Assembly: GCA_035529375.1 (NCBI GenBank)
Contig: DATKWU010000005.1
Coordinates: 521 to 64,520, forward strand
Length of the DNA: 64,000 bases
Source of the DNA: Patescibacteria group bacterium
Lineage (GTDB): Bacteria; Patescibacteriota; Microgenomatia; PFEM01; JAHIFH01
Direction of reading: 5' to 3'
Part shown: positions 30,698 to 40,630 of the stretch, one piece after another
Position numbering within the stretch: the stretch's first letter is position 1
Layout: each line of letters starts with the position of its first letter
Translations under genes and position numbers: made by a program
Notes under the pieces: generated by a model
Seen by the model: only the letters and a program-made list of their open reading frames with translations
Told to the model about the DNA's origin: nothing
Database searches by the model: none

Positions 30698-31444
30698 TTA
30701 TCTTCTTTTATAGACCCTGCTCAAAAACAGGGTAAGTTCAAATAAAACGATAAGAGGTAAAGAAAGAAGAATGTCGGCCAAAACTGAATCAATGGGAAGA
30801 AGGATAGCGAAGAAAAAAGAACCCAGATAAATCCACAGACGTTTTCGGCTTAACTCTTGGCGGCTGATGAGGTCAAAACGGACTAAGCAAAGCAAGAGAA
30901 TTGGAAACTGGAAACTAATTCCCATTAGAGTGGAGATTAAAAGAAAGGTAGACAGAAGCTTACTGATATCTAACATGCTGCCGATACCTAATTGAACTGA
31001 TTTGGCCTGGAAGACCTCGATCTGCCATTTCATAATTAGAGCCCCGAAAACAAATCCAATTAAAAAAAGGATGACGGAAAAAGGTAAGAATTTGATTATT
31101 CTTTTAAACTCTTTTCTCTTTAAAGCTGGTTTTAGAAAAGACAAAACCTGGATGATTAAAAGAGGAAGGGCGACTACCAATCCAGTAGCGATCCCGCAGC
31201 TGATGGCTAGATTAATGAACTGAAAAGGAGAGGTAAAAACAATGTTTATTCCTTCAAGAGGGAGAAGACTAAGTAAGAATTTAATGATTTTTTCATAAAA
31301 GATAAAACCAATAATTGTAGCAACAACAAAAACGGCGACGGTAAAAATGATTCTTTTTCTGATTTCTTTGAGGAAAGGGGAAAGTTTTTCTTTTATCTTG
31401 GCTAATTCAGAAGAATTTATAGGTTGGATATTAGTCGCAACCAT
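30698..31444 (-). CDS. tatC: Twin-arginine translocase subunit TatC
   Basis: Six TMs; LKEIRKRI, FTSPFQ, FLKPAL, FQFP and PLIVLFE; adjacent to two tatA-family genes. Confidence 0.85.
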   Translation of the reverse strand: MVATNIQPINSSELAKIKEKLSPFLKEIRKRIIFTVAVFVVATIIGFIFYEKIIKFLLSLLPLEGINIVFTSPFQFINLAISCGIATGLVVALPLLIIQVLSFLKPALKRKEFKRIIKFLPFSVILFLIGFVFGALIMKWQIEVFQAKSVQLGIGSMLDISKLLSTFLLISTLMGISFQFPILLLCLVRFDLISRQELSRKRLWIYLGSFFFAILLPIDSVLADILLSLPLIVLFELTLFLSRVYKRR

Positions 31445-31453
31445 GATGCCTTA

Positions 31454-31621
31454 TTAAGCATTACCTTTGTCTTTTTTGTCGGTGCCTCCCGAGGCGTCTT
31501 TAAATTCTTTGAGTGCCTTAGCTACCCCTTCAAAGAGTTCTGGGATTTTCTTACCTCCGAAGAGGAAGACAACGATGACAGCGACAACTATTAGTTCTGT
31601 GGTCCCGATTGAGCGGAACAT
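31454..31621 (-). CDS. tatA: TatA/E family subunit, 55 aa (absent from the ORF track)
   Basis: MFRSIGTTELIVVAVIVVFLFGGKKIPELFEGVAKALKEFKDA...; strong AAGGAGGTG RBS. Confidence 0.9.
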   Translation of the reverse strand: MFRSIGTTELIVVAVIVVFLFGGKKIPELFEGVAKALKEFKDASGGTDKKDKGNA

Positions 31622-31667
31622 ATCCTACACCTCCTTTTTATTTTAACCTCGCGAATAACGCAGGTTT

Positions 31668-31856
31668 TTAATCCTTACGTGATTCGCTTTTTTCAGTAGT
31701 CCCGGTAAGGCCGTCTTTGATTTTTTTAATTTCTCTGAAGCTTTCTCCCCCTACCCTGCCTAATTTAATGGCGAATTTACCGCCAAACAGGACCACAAGG
31801 ATCAGAACAATAAGAATTACTTCTGTTGGACTGATATTTTTTAAGAAACTAAACAT
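31668..31856 (-). CDS. tatA: Second TatA/B family subunit, 62 aa
   Basis: ISPTEVILIVLILVVLFGGK...LGRVGGESFREIK: TM, FG hinge and amphipathic helix. Confidence 0.8.
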   Translation of the reverse strand: MFSFLKNISPTEVILIVLILVVLFGGKFAIKLGRVGGESFREIKKIKDGLTGTTEKSESRKD

Positions 31857-31914
31857 TTGATTAAATTTGACTATATAACTCAATATAACAAAATGCAAGA
31901 GCTAAAACAAATGG

Positions 31915-32115
31915 TTATTTTTTACCCATACTAGCTGCAAACCAATTAGAACCATCATAATACTCCAGACTGTTGGTTTGCAAGTTAAATCCCAAGATTC
32001 CCTGTTTGGCCTTTTTTGGTCTCTCCCCTGTTTTCCAGGAGGCAATTTTGGGCATGCCGAGCATTAAGAATAAGTCTTGACCGATATTTAGCAGGAGCGG
32101 ATAACTCTTTTCCAT
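31915..32115 (-). CDS. Small protein paralogous to the C-terminal domain of the Ser-Pro repeat protein
   Basis: IASWKTGERPKKAKQGILGFNLQTNSLEYYDGSNW aligns with IPSWNTTGRPKKAKKGTFGFNVESKTLEFWNGTSW. Confidence 0.8.
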   Translation of the reverse strand: MEKSYPLLLNIGQDLFLMLGMPKIASWKTGERPKKAKQGILGFNLQTNSLEYYDGSNWFAASMGKK

Positions 32116-32190
32116 TTTGACTTCACATCCATTGTATAGACTTTTTTCTTTTGGTGTCAAGTTTTAAGGGGGAGAAAAATTTTTGAGGGG

Positions 32191-35100
32191 TTAGCTGATT
32201 TTTTTCATTGGCAATTTCAGCCAAGAAGTTCCATTCCAGAACTCCAATGTTTTGCTTTCCACATTAAAGCCAAAAGTGCCCTTTTTAGCTTTCTTGGGCC
32301 GGCCAGTAGTGTTCCAAGAAGGAATGGAAACAGCCTTTAAGCCTAAATAACCCCTCTTGCTAACAACTTCCCTACCAACAATGAGGGGGTGTTTGTTAAA
32401 GATAACTGGCGCCGGAGGCGGAGTAGGAACAGGCCGAGGACTGGGCGAAGCTGAAGGTGAGGGGCTAATACTGGGTGAAGGTGTTGGTGAGGGTGAACCC
32501 GGTGTTGGTGAGGGTGATGGCGATGGGCTGGGGCTAGCAGACGTCGGTGAGGGTAGTGAGGGTGATGATGAAGGCGATGGAGATATTGAGCCACTGAGTG
32601 AGACCGACGGACTAAGACTAACGAGAATCGACGGTGAAACGCTTGGACTAATTGAGGCTGAGGGGCTGAGACTGGGTGAAACACTTGGACTAACTGATGC
32701 TGATGGACTAACGCTGGGTGAAACGCTTGGACTAACTGAAGCAGACGGACTGACCGATGGACTAGCCGAGGGGCTAAGCGATGGGCTGGCTGAAGGGCTA
32801 ACACTTGGACTAACTGAAGCAGAAGGACTAACGCTGGGTGAAACACTTGGACTAACTGATGCTGATGGACTGACACTTGGACTAGCCGAGGGGCTAAGCG
32901 ATGGGCTGGCTGAAGGGCTAACTGAAGGGGAAACACTGGCTGACGGAGAAACGCTAGGACTGACCGATAGACTGACCGAGGGACTCAGACTCGGTGAAAC
33001 AGACGGACTCAGACTCGGAGAGACACTTGGTGAAACTGACGGACTTAAAGAGGGACTAGCCGATGGTGAAATACTGGCACTCGGACTAAGGGAGGGACTA
33101 ACGCTTGGTGAAATTGAAGGAGACAAACTGGGACTCAAACTGGGAGATACCGAGGCAGATGGTGAAACACTTGGCGATATCGAAGGCGAAACCGATGGGC
33201 TTACTATCGGAGACAGACTTGGCGATACACTCGGTGAAATTGAAGGCGAGACCGAAGGGCTAGCACTCGGTGATACTGATGGACTAATACTGGGTGAAAT
33301 TGAAGAAGATACTGAAGCACTTGGTGATACCGATGGACTCACACTGGGTGATACTGAGGGACTAATTGACGGACTGACTGATGGTGAAGCAGATGGGCTA
33401 ACACTTGGAGAAACACTCGGTGAAACACTTGGACTGACGCTCGGCGAAACCGAAGCAGATGGTGAGACACTCGGCGATACTGAAGGAGAAAGCGATGGGC
33501 TCGCACTAGGTGAGGCCGACGGACTAATTGATGGGCTTACGCTTGGAGATGCGCTTGGTGATACTGAAGGGCTAATTGATGGTGATATCGAAGCCGAGGG
33601 AGATACTGAGGGGCTGATACTCGGAGAAACGGAAGGAGAAACTGATGGACTAACACTTGGAGAGACACTGGGGCTAATACTCGGGCTAACCGATGGCGAA
33701 ACACTAGGTGAAACACTTGGGCTGATCGAAGCAGAAGGACTAATTGATGGTGAAGCTGATGGGCTAATTGATGGTGAAGCAGAGGGAGATGCCGATGGTG
33801 AAACACTTGGACTAGCGCTTGGAGAAACACTGGGCGATACAGAAGCTGAAGGAGAAACGCTCGGACTCACAGAGGGTGAAATACTGGGTGAGACTGATGG
33901 ACTAGCTGATGGACTCACAGAGGGTGAAATACTGGGTGAAACTGAGGGACTAGCGCTTGGACTAATACTCGGACTGACTGAAGCGGAGGGTGAGACTGAT
34001 GGGCTGACAGATAGACTGGCACTGGGTGAAACAGACGGACTTACAGACGGTGAAACACTTGCCGATGGAGAGACTGAGGGTGAGATTGATGGCGAGACAG
34101 AGGGACTGACTGAGGGAGATGCCGATGGTGAAACTGATGGACTAGCGCTTGGACTAACACTCGGACTCACAGAGGGTGAGACACTGGGTGAGACTGAAGG
34201 TGAAACACTTGCCGATGGGCTGACTGACGGACTGACTGAAGGACTCACACTAGGTGAGACTGATGGGCTGACAGATACACCGATAGAGGGTGAAACTGAT
34301 GGACTTACTGAAGGCGAAACAGATGGACTGACACTGGGTGAAACTGAAGCCGATGGACTGACTGAAGGGCTGACTGAAGGTGAGACTGATGGACTAACTG
34401 ACGGAGAAACAGATGGACTGGCACTGGGTGAGACTGATGGGCTGACTGACGGAGAAGCAGATGGAGAAATTGAAGGTGAGACGCTGGCACTCGGTGAAAC
34501 GGATGGGCTTACCGATGGACTAACTGAAGGTGAAACTGAAGGAGAAACGCTAGGTGAAACACTCGGAGAAACAGACGGACTCACAGAGGGTGAGACACTT
34601 GCCGATGGAGAGACTGAAGGTGAAACTGATGGCGAGATAGACGGACTGACCGAGGGAGATGCCGATGGCGAAACAGATGGACTAGCGCTTGGACTAACGC
34701 TCGGACTCACAGAAGGTGAAACACTGGGTGAGACTGACGGTGAAACACTAGCTGATGGAGAGACTGAAGGTGAAACTGAAGGTGAAGCACTCGGAGATAC
34801 ACTCGGGGAAACTGAAGGCGAAACAGATGGACTAGCGCTTGGAGAAACAGACGGTGAAACACTTGCTGATGGACTAACTGAAGGAGAAACGCTGGGTGAA
34901 ACCGACGGGCTAGCGCTTGGACTAACGCTCGGACTGACTGAAGCGGAGGGTGATACTGACGGACTCACAGAGGGTGAAACACTGGGTGAGACTGATGGAC
35001 TAACTGAAGGCGAAACAGATGGACTAGCGCTTGGAGAAACACTGGGCGATACAGAAGCTGAAGGTGAAACGCTCGGACTCACAGAGGGTGAGACGCTGGG

Positions 35101-36333
35101 GCTTACTGAAGGACTTATAGATACACCGATAGAGGGTGAAACGCTTGGAGAGACAGACGGCGAAGCAGAAGGACTGACCGACGGTGAAACGCTTGCCGAT
35201 GGACTAACTGACGGGCTGACCGATGGTGAGACGCTGGGTGAGACTGATGGACTTACAGACGGACTGGCACTAGGACTCACTGAAGGACTAACTGAAGGAG
35301 AAGCAGAAGGACTGACTGAAGGTGAAACACTTGCGCTCGGTGAAACAGACGGACTGACCGAGGGTGAGACGCTGGGGCTGACAGACGGGCTCACACTGGG
35401 TGAAACTGATGGACTAACGCTTGGAGAGACAGACGGCGAAACGCTTGCTGATGGACTGACACTGGGACTCACTGAAGGACTAACTGAAGGAGAAACCGAT
35501 GGACTGACTGAAGGAGAGACTGAAAGCGAGACTGAAGGGCTAACACTCGGCGAAACACTCGGAGAAACCGATGGACTGGCTGAAGGTGAAATACTGGGAC
35601 TCACTGAAGGACTAACTGAAGGGCTCACACTAGCTGAGGGAGAAACTGATGGTGAAACCGATGGGGAAATCGATGGTGAAACAGATGGACTGACCGAGGG
35701 GGAAATCGATGGTGAAACAGATGGACTGACCGACGGGCTAGCACTTGGCGAAACACTCGGGGAAGCTGAAGGAGAAACCGATGGGGAAACACTGGGAGAG
35801 ACACTTGGACTGGCTGAAGGACCAGATGCCGTCAAAACCTGCGAGTGGGATTTATCTGTATCCAAAGGAATTATGGCGCCGGCAATTTTGACCCGGAAAT
35901 AATAGGTGGTGCTAGAAGAAACATTGGCCGTCGGGACAATACAAACATCAAATTCGTTATTCTTTTTTTTAGTAACCGCGCAAGTATAAGTACCGCTTTC
36001 AATGTATTGCCCTTGCGAGGTGGTGTCAGTCAAAAGCCATTGCCCAACCACAGGTGGAGAAGGATTCCCTTCGGTTGCTTGACCATCGGCATAATTCCAG
36101 TGATTAGCAGCACCAAAAGACGTCCAACCATCAATATCATTAAGGGAATACTCCATCGTCCAAGCCCCACTCCCGTTTGTGTTACCTGTTTCCCCAATAC
36201 GGATTCTCAATCTGGTCTTGTTGATATTATTGGGTAAGGTTGGCTTGGTATTTTCATTAGCCAGCTGGCTTGATGGTTCGATACCATCGTCCTGAAACCA
36301 TTTCCAATTTCCTTGGTTGGGTGTAAATGCCAT
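32191..36333 (-). CDS. Ser/Pro-rich repeat (SPSV)n protein, putative O-glycosylated filament
   Basis: 1380 aa: about 170-aa N-domain, about 1130 aa of repeats and about 70-aa C-domain; same strand as the rest of the island. Confidence 0.85.
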   Translation of the reverse strand: MAFTPNQGNWKWFQDDGIEPSSQLANENTKPTLPNNINKTRLRIRIGETGNTNGSGAWTMEYSLNDIDGWTSFGAANHWNYADGQATEGNPSPPVVGQWLLTDTTSQGQYIESGTYTCAVTKKKNNEFDVCIVPTANVSSSTTYYFRVKIAGAIIPLDTDKSHSQVLTASGPSASPSVSPSVSPSVSPSASPSVSPSASPSVSPSVSPSISPSVSPSVSPSISPSVSPSVSPSASVSPSVSPSVSPSISPSASPSVSPSVSPSVSPSVSLSVSPSVSPSVSPSVSPSVSPSVSPSASVSPSVSPSVSPSVSPSVSPSVSPSVSPSVSPSVSPSASVSPSVSPSASPSVSPSVSPSASPSVSPSVSPSVSPSVSPSVSPSASVSPSVSPSASPSVSPSVSPSIGVSISPSVSPSVSPSVSPSVSPSASVSPSVSPSASPSVSPSVSPSVSPSVSPSVSPSVSPSASVSPSVSPSASPSVSPSVSPSVSPSASVSPSVSPSASPSVSPSVSPSVSPSASPSVSPSVSPSASVSPSVSPSVSPSVSPSVSPSASPSVSPSASPSVSPSISPSVSPSVSPSASVSPSVSPSVSPSVSPSVSPSVSPSVSPSVSPSVSPSASVSPSISPSASPSVSPSVSPSASPSVSPSVSPSVSPSVSPSVSPSASVSPSVSPSVSPSVSPSVSPSIGVSVSPSVSPSVSPSVSPSVSPSASVSPSVSPSVSPSVSPSVSPSASPSVSPSASPSVSPSVSPSISPSVSPSASVSPSVSPSVSPSASLSVSPSVSPSASVSPSISPSASPSVSPSISPSVSPSASPSVSPSISPSVSPSVSPSASVSPSVSPSASPSVSPSASPSASPSISPSASPSISPSASISPSVSPSVSPSVSPSISPSVSPSVSPSVSPSVSPSISPSVSPSASISPSISPSVSPSASPSVSPSISPSASPSASPSLSPSVSPSVSPSASVSPSVSPSVSPSVSPSVSPSASPSVSPSISPSVSPSVSPSVSPSASVSSSISPSISPSVSPSASPSVSPSISPSVSPSLSPIVSPSVSPSISPSVSPSASVSPSLSPSLSPSISPSVSPSLSPSASISPSASPSLSPSVSPSVSPSLSPSVSPSLSPSVSLSVSPSVSPSASVSPSVSPSASPSLSPSASPSVSPSASVSPSVSPSVSPSASVSPSVSPSASPSLSPSASPSVSPSASVSPSVSPSVSPSASVSPSVSPSLSPSASISPSVSPSILVSLSPSVSLSGSISPSPSSSPSLPSPTSASPSPSPSPSPTPGSPSPTPSPSISPSPSASPSPRPVPTPPPAPVIFNKHPLIVGREVVSKRGYLGLKAVSIPSWNTTGRPKKAKKGTFGFNVESKTLEFWNGTSWLKLPMKKIS
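32420..35825 (-). repeat. 12-nt-unit coding repeat with higher-order duplications
   Basis: S-P-S-V/I/A/L units with diverse codons; 120-nt duplication (32759/32879); SPSIGVS landmark recurs 846 nt apart (34274/35120). Confidence 0.92.
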
Positions 36334-36431
36334 TTTTTATTTTTTTTCCATTAAATAACCGCCGTACCCATCAACGGCTAAAAACATTGTAACAAGATAA
36401 CAACCTCTAAGAAAACCACTGAAGAGGGGTT

Positions 36432-36590
36432 TTAACCAAGTTTTTTGATTAAGTCTTTGGTTTTTCCCCCAGCCAGGAATTTCGCTATCAGTTTCCAACC
36501 AGCCTTGGCAACTGTTTTTAAAATCATCCTGACTCCAGCGGTTTTTTTGATTAAATTGTTACTGTGCCGGACGTCGATAATGGGCAAGGC
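36432..36590 (-). pseudogene. Frameshifted remnant of a second GT-like domain at the 3' end of the GT2 gene
   Basis: Alternative frames read LPIIDVRHSNNLIK and NRWSQDDFKNSCQGWLETDSEIPGWGKTKDLIKKLG*; the IPGWG ending resembles LPYWG and IPIWG in neighbouring GT-like genes. Confidence 0.55.
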
Positions 36591-37653
36591 CAATTTCTAG
36601 ATGCTGGATAGTGGATTGAGCCGAAAAAATCACCCCGGAGGAAGGCAAGGATGATTTTTTCCTAGCCGGTTTGGTAGCGATATGTTTTGAACTGAGTTTG
36701 GCTTCTTTAGTTTTGAGTTTTTTCAAATCTTCATCGGTCCAACCTTTAACCGGCCAGAATTTCTCCACCAACCAAGAAACCGGATGCTTCTGATCTGGCA
36801 AACCCTTCAAGATTTGTTCCCAGACTTTTTTTCTGACCTCGTGCTGATCCTTACCTGAAGCAGGCCAAGGAAAACTAAAAGTGGCGTTTTTCGTCCGAAA
36901 CATATGGGCATACCAAGTTTGGTGGTTAACCAGCACCCGGCCACCTTTCAACCAGGTTTTACAAGCGACTTCAATGCCTTGATGTCCCCAATTGCCAAGC
37001 GTTTCATCACACAAATTCCAATCCCAATATAATTGACGCAGACACATAAAACATGATCCTTGAATTGACATTATTTCGGTTAATCCCTTCTCCTTCTTAT
37101 CTTTTTTGTATTCTGGCCGGCGGCGATATTCACCAAAATAAGCAAATGTGGGTTGAGCGTCAAAACAATAGGAATCGCTCTGGGGCCGCTCTTTGCCGAT
37201 CCAAAGCATTTTTTTCTTCATTTTGTTCCCACAAGCAGGACATTTGGGTTCCCGATCTTGGTAAACTCGCTTGCCGCATTTATAGCACTTCCAGTCATAA
37301 GCCCACAGATTTCTCATCACCGGAAGCATCACCACTTTTTCATCCACTTTTCGGAAAGCCTCAATCATTTTTCTATCAAAACCCTTATCAAATGAACAAT
37401 GAGCGTCCAATTTCATCACGTATTTGGCCCGGCTTAAGCGACAGGCCAGATTCTGAGCCGCCCTTTGGCCAATCGCCGGATTAACATAAATTAGACTCAC
37501 CCGATCATGTTGTTCTATGGGTGAGTTGGCCCATTGGCCATCTAAAACAGCAATCACTTCCGTATCGGCCTCGATATTTTTTAAAATATCCTCGATCGTG
37601 TTTTCCAGGAATTCCTCATTCCTGGCTGGTATTAAGATTGACAAATCACGCAT
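36559..37653 (-). CDS. Glycosyltransferase family 2 with CxxC zinc-ribbon insertion
   Basis: LSILIPARNE, MKLDAH, QGSCF and WYAHMFR; CYKC...CPAC insertion. Confidence 0.85.
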   Translation of the reverse strand: MRDLSILIPARNEEFLENTIEDILKNIEADTEVIAVLDGQWANSPIEQHDRVSLIYVNPAIGQRAAQNLACRLSRAKYVMKLDAHCSFDKGFDRKMIEAFRKVDEKVVMLPVMRNLWAYDWKCYKCGKRVYQDREPKCPACGNKMKKKMLWIGKERPQSDSYCFDAQPTFAYFGEYRRRPEYKKDKKEKGLTEIMSIQGSCFMCLRQLYWDWNLCDETLGNWGHQGIEVACKTWLKGGRVLVNHQTWYAHMFRTKNATFSFPWPASGKDQHEVRKKVWEQILKGLPDQKHPVSWLVEKFWPVKGWTDEDLKKLKTKEAKLSSKHIATKPARKKSSLPSSGVIFSAQSTIQHLEIGLAHYRRPAQ

Positions 37654-38053
37654 AACCGACAGCAATAACCGCTATTGGCCGTAAATTAGTGCCAAGAGCT
37701 TTTGCCACCCTCCTTTCTCTAAAAGCCCCAATCCAAACTGAGGCCAAACCCATCTCAACTAATAACAGTTGTAAATAAGCACCACAAATAGTCGCGTCTT
37801 GGATTGAATACAAATTCCTACCTCTGTCTCCATACCTTTTGGCGTAAGCTTCTGGGTTGGTACAGATTACGAGATACAGCGGCGCGTCTAAGGAAATAAC
37901 CTTTTCTTTGGTGGCAATTACCTCAAAACCCCTAATTCCCCCGGCTGATGGCCCAGTTTTGGCTAAAGCAATCAACTTCGTCAAATCTGGCACTTCTTTT
38001 TCTTTAAATACCCTAATTGATTTTCTTTTTTTAATTACTTCTTTAAGTTCCAT
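37646..38053 (-). CDS. Nitroreductase family protein
   Basis: IKKRKSIRVF, GPSAGG, GLASVWIGAF and AVIAVGY. Confidence 0.85.
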   Translation of the reverse strand: MELKEVIKKRKSIRVFKEKEVPDLTKLIALAKTGPSAGGIRGFEVIATKEKVISLDAPLYLVICTNPEAYAKRYGDRGRNLYSIQDATICGAYLQLLLVEMGLASVWIGAFRERRVAKALGTNLRPIAVIAVGYA

Positions 38054-38540
38054 CTAGTTCACAAAACTTTATTAATGCCTCAATAATCGCTTTGTTGTAA
38101 GAATCTATCAATTTCTTGTTGTATTTTCCTTTCCAGCTTTTTAATATTTTTTTTGGTTTTCTAAAACAACAGATTAAGTAAACGTCGTTGCTCAAATGGG
38201 GCAAATACTTGTCAACCGTAAAAGCCGATCTAGGGTCTTTCCAGCCCCAAAAATCAGCCTTTTTTCTTTTAATTAACTGCTTAATTTCTTGTGTCCAATC
38301 TTTATCAGGATGACGGATCATTAACTTATTTAGTTTCAAAAAATCTGGATCTTCATAAAAATCCTTATTATATGTTTTTACTTTTTTTCCACCCCTTCTA
38401 TCCCAGTTAAAACCCTTCTTCACACTACCCATCTTTACTCCCCCTATTTCAAGGAGTTTAGAAATAAACGAAGTCGCCGAGTTGGGACAACCAAGCACTA
38501 TATAAGTCTTTTCTTCCTTGCTGTGTATTTTAATCGTCAT
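38043..38540 (-). CDS. Sulfotransferase-like protein
   Basis: PAPS-loop-like IVLGCPNSATS, FYED, WGWKDPR and CFRKP. Confidence 0.7.
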   Translation of the reverse strand: MTIKIHSKEEKTYIVLGCPNSATSFISKLLEIGGVKMGSVKKGFNWDRRGGKKVKTYNKDFYEDPDFLKLNKLMIRHPDKDWTQEIKQLIKRKKADFWGWKDPRSAFTVDKYLPHLSNDVYLICCFRKPKKILKSWKGKYNKKLIDSYNKAIIEALIKFCELDGT

Positions 38541-39343
38541 ATTATTCCATTTTTTTTGAACAATTTTTTTAATCTTTTGGTAACTAATGGCTTGCCTAGC
38601 CTGTTTTTTCCGTAAACGCAAACTTCCAGATTAGCGTTCTCTGACTCCCGGTCAACCGGCCTCCTATCGAAGGGGTGAAAGTGAATCACTTTCAGTGGTT
38701 TGTCGGCAATCTCATAAGTTTTAACAATATCTCTTCTTCTGGTCGCAAAATTATAGGTGATGTTGATTCGGTTGATTCTCTTTTTCAAATATTGGAATCT
38801 TTTTTTCTTGAGAATGTCCAGCAAGACGACTTCCTCGTTAGCCCGATAGGCGTCGGTTGTCCGCTTCCAAATATCGAAAATATATTCCGCCTTCGTGTCA
38901 AAGAATATCGTTCCCGTACTCCACCTTTTATCTAGCGTAAAATGAATAACCGTCTTGCCGTAATCAGTCAAAGCCAAATCGTAACCATCAAGCATTTGTT
39001 TCGCCTCGCCTTCAGTTATTTTTTGGAGCTGGAAAGCATCGTTGTCGTGATACCAAAAAATATCATCGCTGATAATGCCCATGTTATACAGGGTAATAAT
39101 CGCATTAATTTTAGTCGCTGTCGGTTTGATATGGTTGAAATTATCATCCCCAATGACCAATGCTTTAACCCCTTCATACTCGTAATCAAAGCTGGTCACC
39201 AATAAAATGTCTTTCCGTTTCCACCCCAACTCCAAACTGTTATCAATCTGGATTTTTATCAAAGACTCAACCTCACTACTCCAGTTGTACTGGTCACTTA
39301 CAAAACTTCTGTTTGGACTGATGTAAATTAGTAAGTTTTTCAT
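38537..39343 (-). CDS. Putative GT-A fold nucleotide-sugar transferase
   Basis: WYHDNDAF (DxD), STGTIFF, NITYN and VIHFHP. Confidence 0.6.
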   Translation of the reverse strand: MKNLLIYISPNRSFVSDQYNWSSEVESLIKIQIDNSLELGWKRKDILLVTSFDYEYEGVKALVIGDDNFNHIKPTATKINAIITLYNMGIISDDIFWYHDNDAFQLQKITEGEAKQMLDGYDLALTDYGKTVIHFTLDKRWSTGTIFFDTKAEYIFDIWKRTTDAYRANEEVVLLDILKKKRFQYLKKRINRINITYNFATRRRDIVKTYEIADKPLKVIHFHPFDRRPVDRESENANLEVCVYGKNRLGKPLVTKRLKKLFKKNGII

Positions 39344-39957
39344 TTGATCCAAAACCAACTTGGGCAACGGTCGCTGTCTTTTCCAATAACATACCAATTC
39401 TTTATCCTATTAGCCTGGGTATAGGCATCAACCGCAAACTTGACCTGCATATTTTCCCAAGCCCAAGGTTGCTTTCTCTTTTTAAAGTCCTCTGGATGAA
39501 TATAATCATGTCCAGCAATCGTCCCACCCTTCCTGACTTTCTTTGACCAACCATCAATGTCCTCAGCCACATACTTTAAAATATGATTGCCGTCAATATA
39601 AACAAAATCCAAACTCTCATTCTCAAAGTTCTTTAAAGCCTCCATCGAGGTTTTTCTCACAACGGTAGCGTTTTCGTAACGGGATAAAAGTTTCCAAGCC
39701 CGATGATAAAGATATTCTTGTCTCTCTACTCGGGCGTCTTCTACTCGATCAAAGCCGGGATAGGGTGTCCAATAATCTATGGCGTAAATTTTCAATCCCG
39801 CCTTACAAAACTTTCTAGAAAACCAGCCTTTGTAAACTCCGATTTCTGCTCCGATTTGGTAACCCATTTCCTTAAAAAAGCCAGGTAAATCATTTCGTGA
39901 AGAACCGGGAATCACAAAAGGGTTGTCTTGGTGTTTAATTCCTTTAATTATTTTCAT
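39340..39957 (-). CDS. Class I SAM methyltransferase (Methyltransf_24-like)
   Basis: GAEIGVYKG, LDFVYIDGNH and GGTIAGHDY. Confidence 0.85.
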   Translation of the reverse strand: MKIIKGIKHQDNPFVIPGSSRNDLPGFFKEMGYQIGAEIGVYKGWFSRKFCKAGLKIYAIDYWTPYPGFDRVEDARVERQEYLYHRAWKLLSRYENATVVRKTSMEALKNFENESLDFVYIDGNHILKYVAEDIDGWSKKVRKGGTIAGHDYIHPEDFKKRKQPWAWENMQVKFAVDAYTQANRIKNWYVIGKDSDRCPSWFWIK

Positions 39958-39958
39958 T

Positions 39959-40630
39959 CTATTTTTTGTAAATTTCTTTCACTCCTTTCATTAAACTCGC
40001 CCTTACTTTCTTGCCGTTTCCCCAATAAGGCAAGTCGTAAATCGGCGCTCTTTCGGAATGGGTATAGTACCTCATACTCCGATGGGTTTTAACTTGAAAC
40101 ACAGGGTTTTTTGTTTTCCAATAATAAATCTTGTCAAAAATATCGTCTTTCTTTGTTCTCTCTTTGGGAAAGTTCTTTTCTTCTACTGACCACTGAGGCA
40201 ATCCTTTAAACTGTTCACCTAATACCTTTAGATAATATTTTCTGCCGATAACTTGGGCGTGGGTTGCCCCTTCCTTTTTGTAAAACCAGTAATTCCGGTG
40301 ATCACCCATGACATAGACATTCGAGTTTCGGTAACACCGATCCAATTCTCTTGGTCTGAAGGTAAAATAATCGGGAGGATACATGCAGTCGGCCTCGGCC
40401 GAGATGACGAAATCGGCCTTTGTGTTTTGACAGCCTATTTGAATTTGCCTGAACATATTAAAATTAGAAGCGCCCACGTTGCCGATGCAGATGTTTTTCC
40501 CAAAGTTAATCGGTTCTTGAGAAACGCTAATAATCGGCAAATCAGTCACTTTCAAAATGTTTGCTTTGATCCTATTTTCAAACTCAGGGTGCTCCTGATT
40601 GCTAGTGTAGTATATAATAGTTGCCGTCAT
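39959..40630 (-). CDS. GT-A fold glycosyltransferase-like protein
   Basis: IIYYT, LPIISVS and AEADCMYP; paralogous to 41610-42272. Confidence 0.6.
   Translation of the reverse strand: MTATIIYYTSNQEHPEFENRIKANILKVTDLPIISVSQEPINFGKNICIGNVGASNFNMFRQIQIGCQNTKADFVISAEADCMYPPDYFTFRPRELDRCYRNSNVYVMGDHRNYWFYKKEGATHAQVIGRKYYLKVLGEQFKGLPQWSVEEKNFPKERTKKDDIFDKIYYWKTKNPVFQVKTHRSMRYYTHSERAPIYDLPYWGNGKKVRASLMKGVKEIYKK

Noticed and set aside
32357-35902. 1181-aa plus-strand ORF (GETDGLT repeats)
   Set aside because: Antisense shadow of the SPSV repeat; the minus-strand gene has unique terminal domains and matches the operon direction
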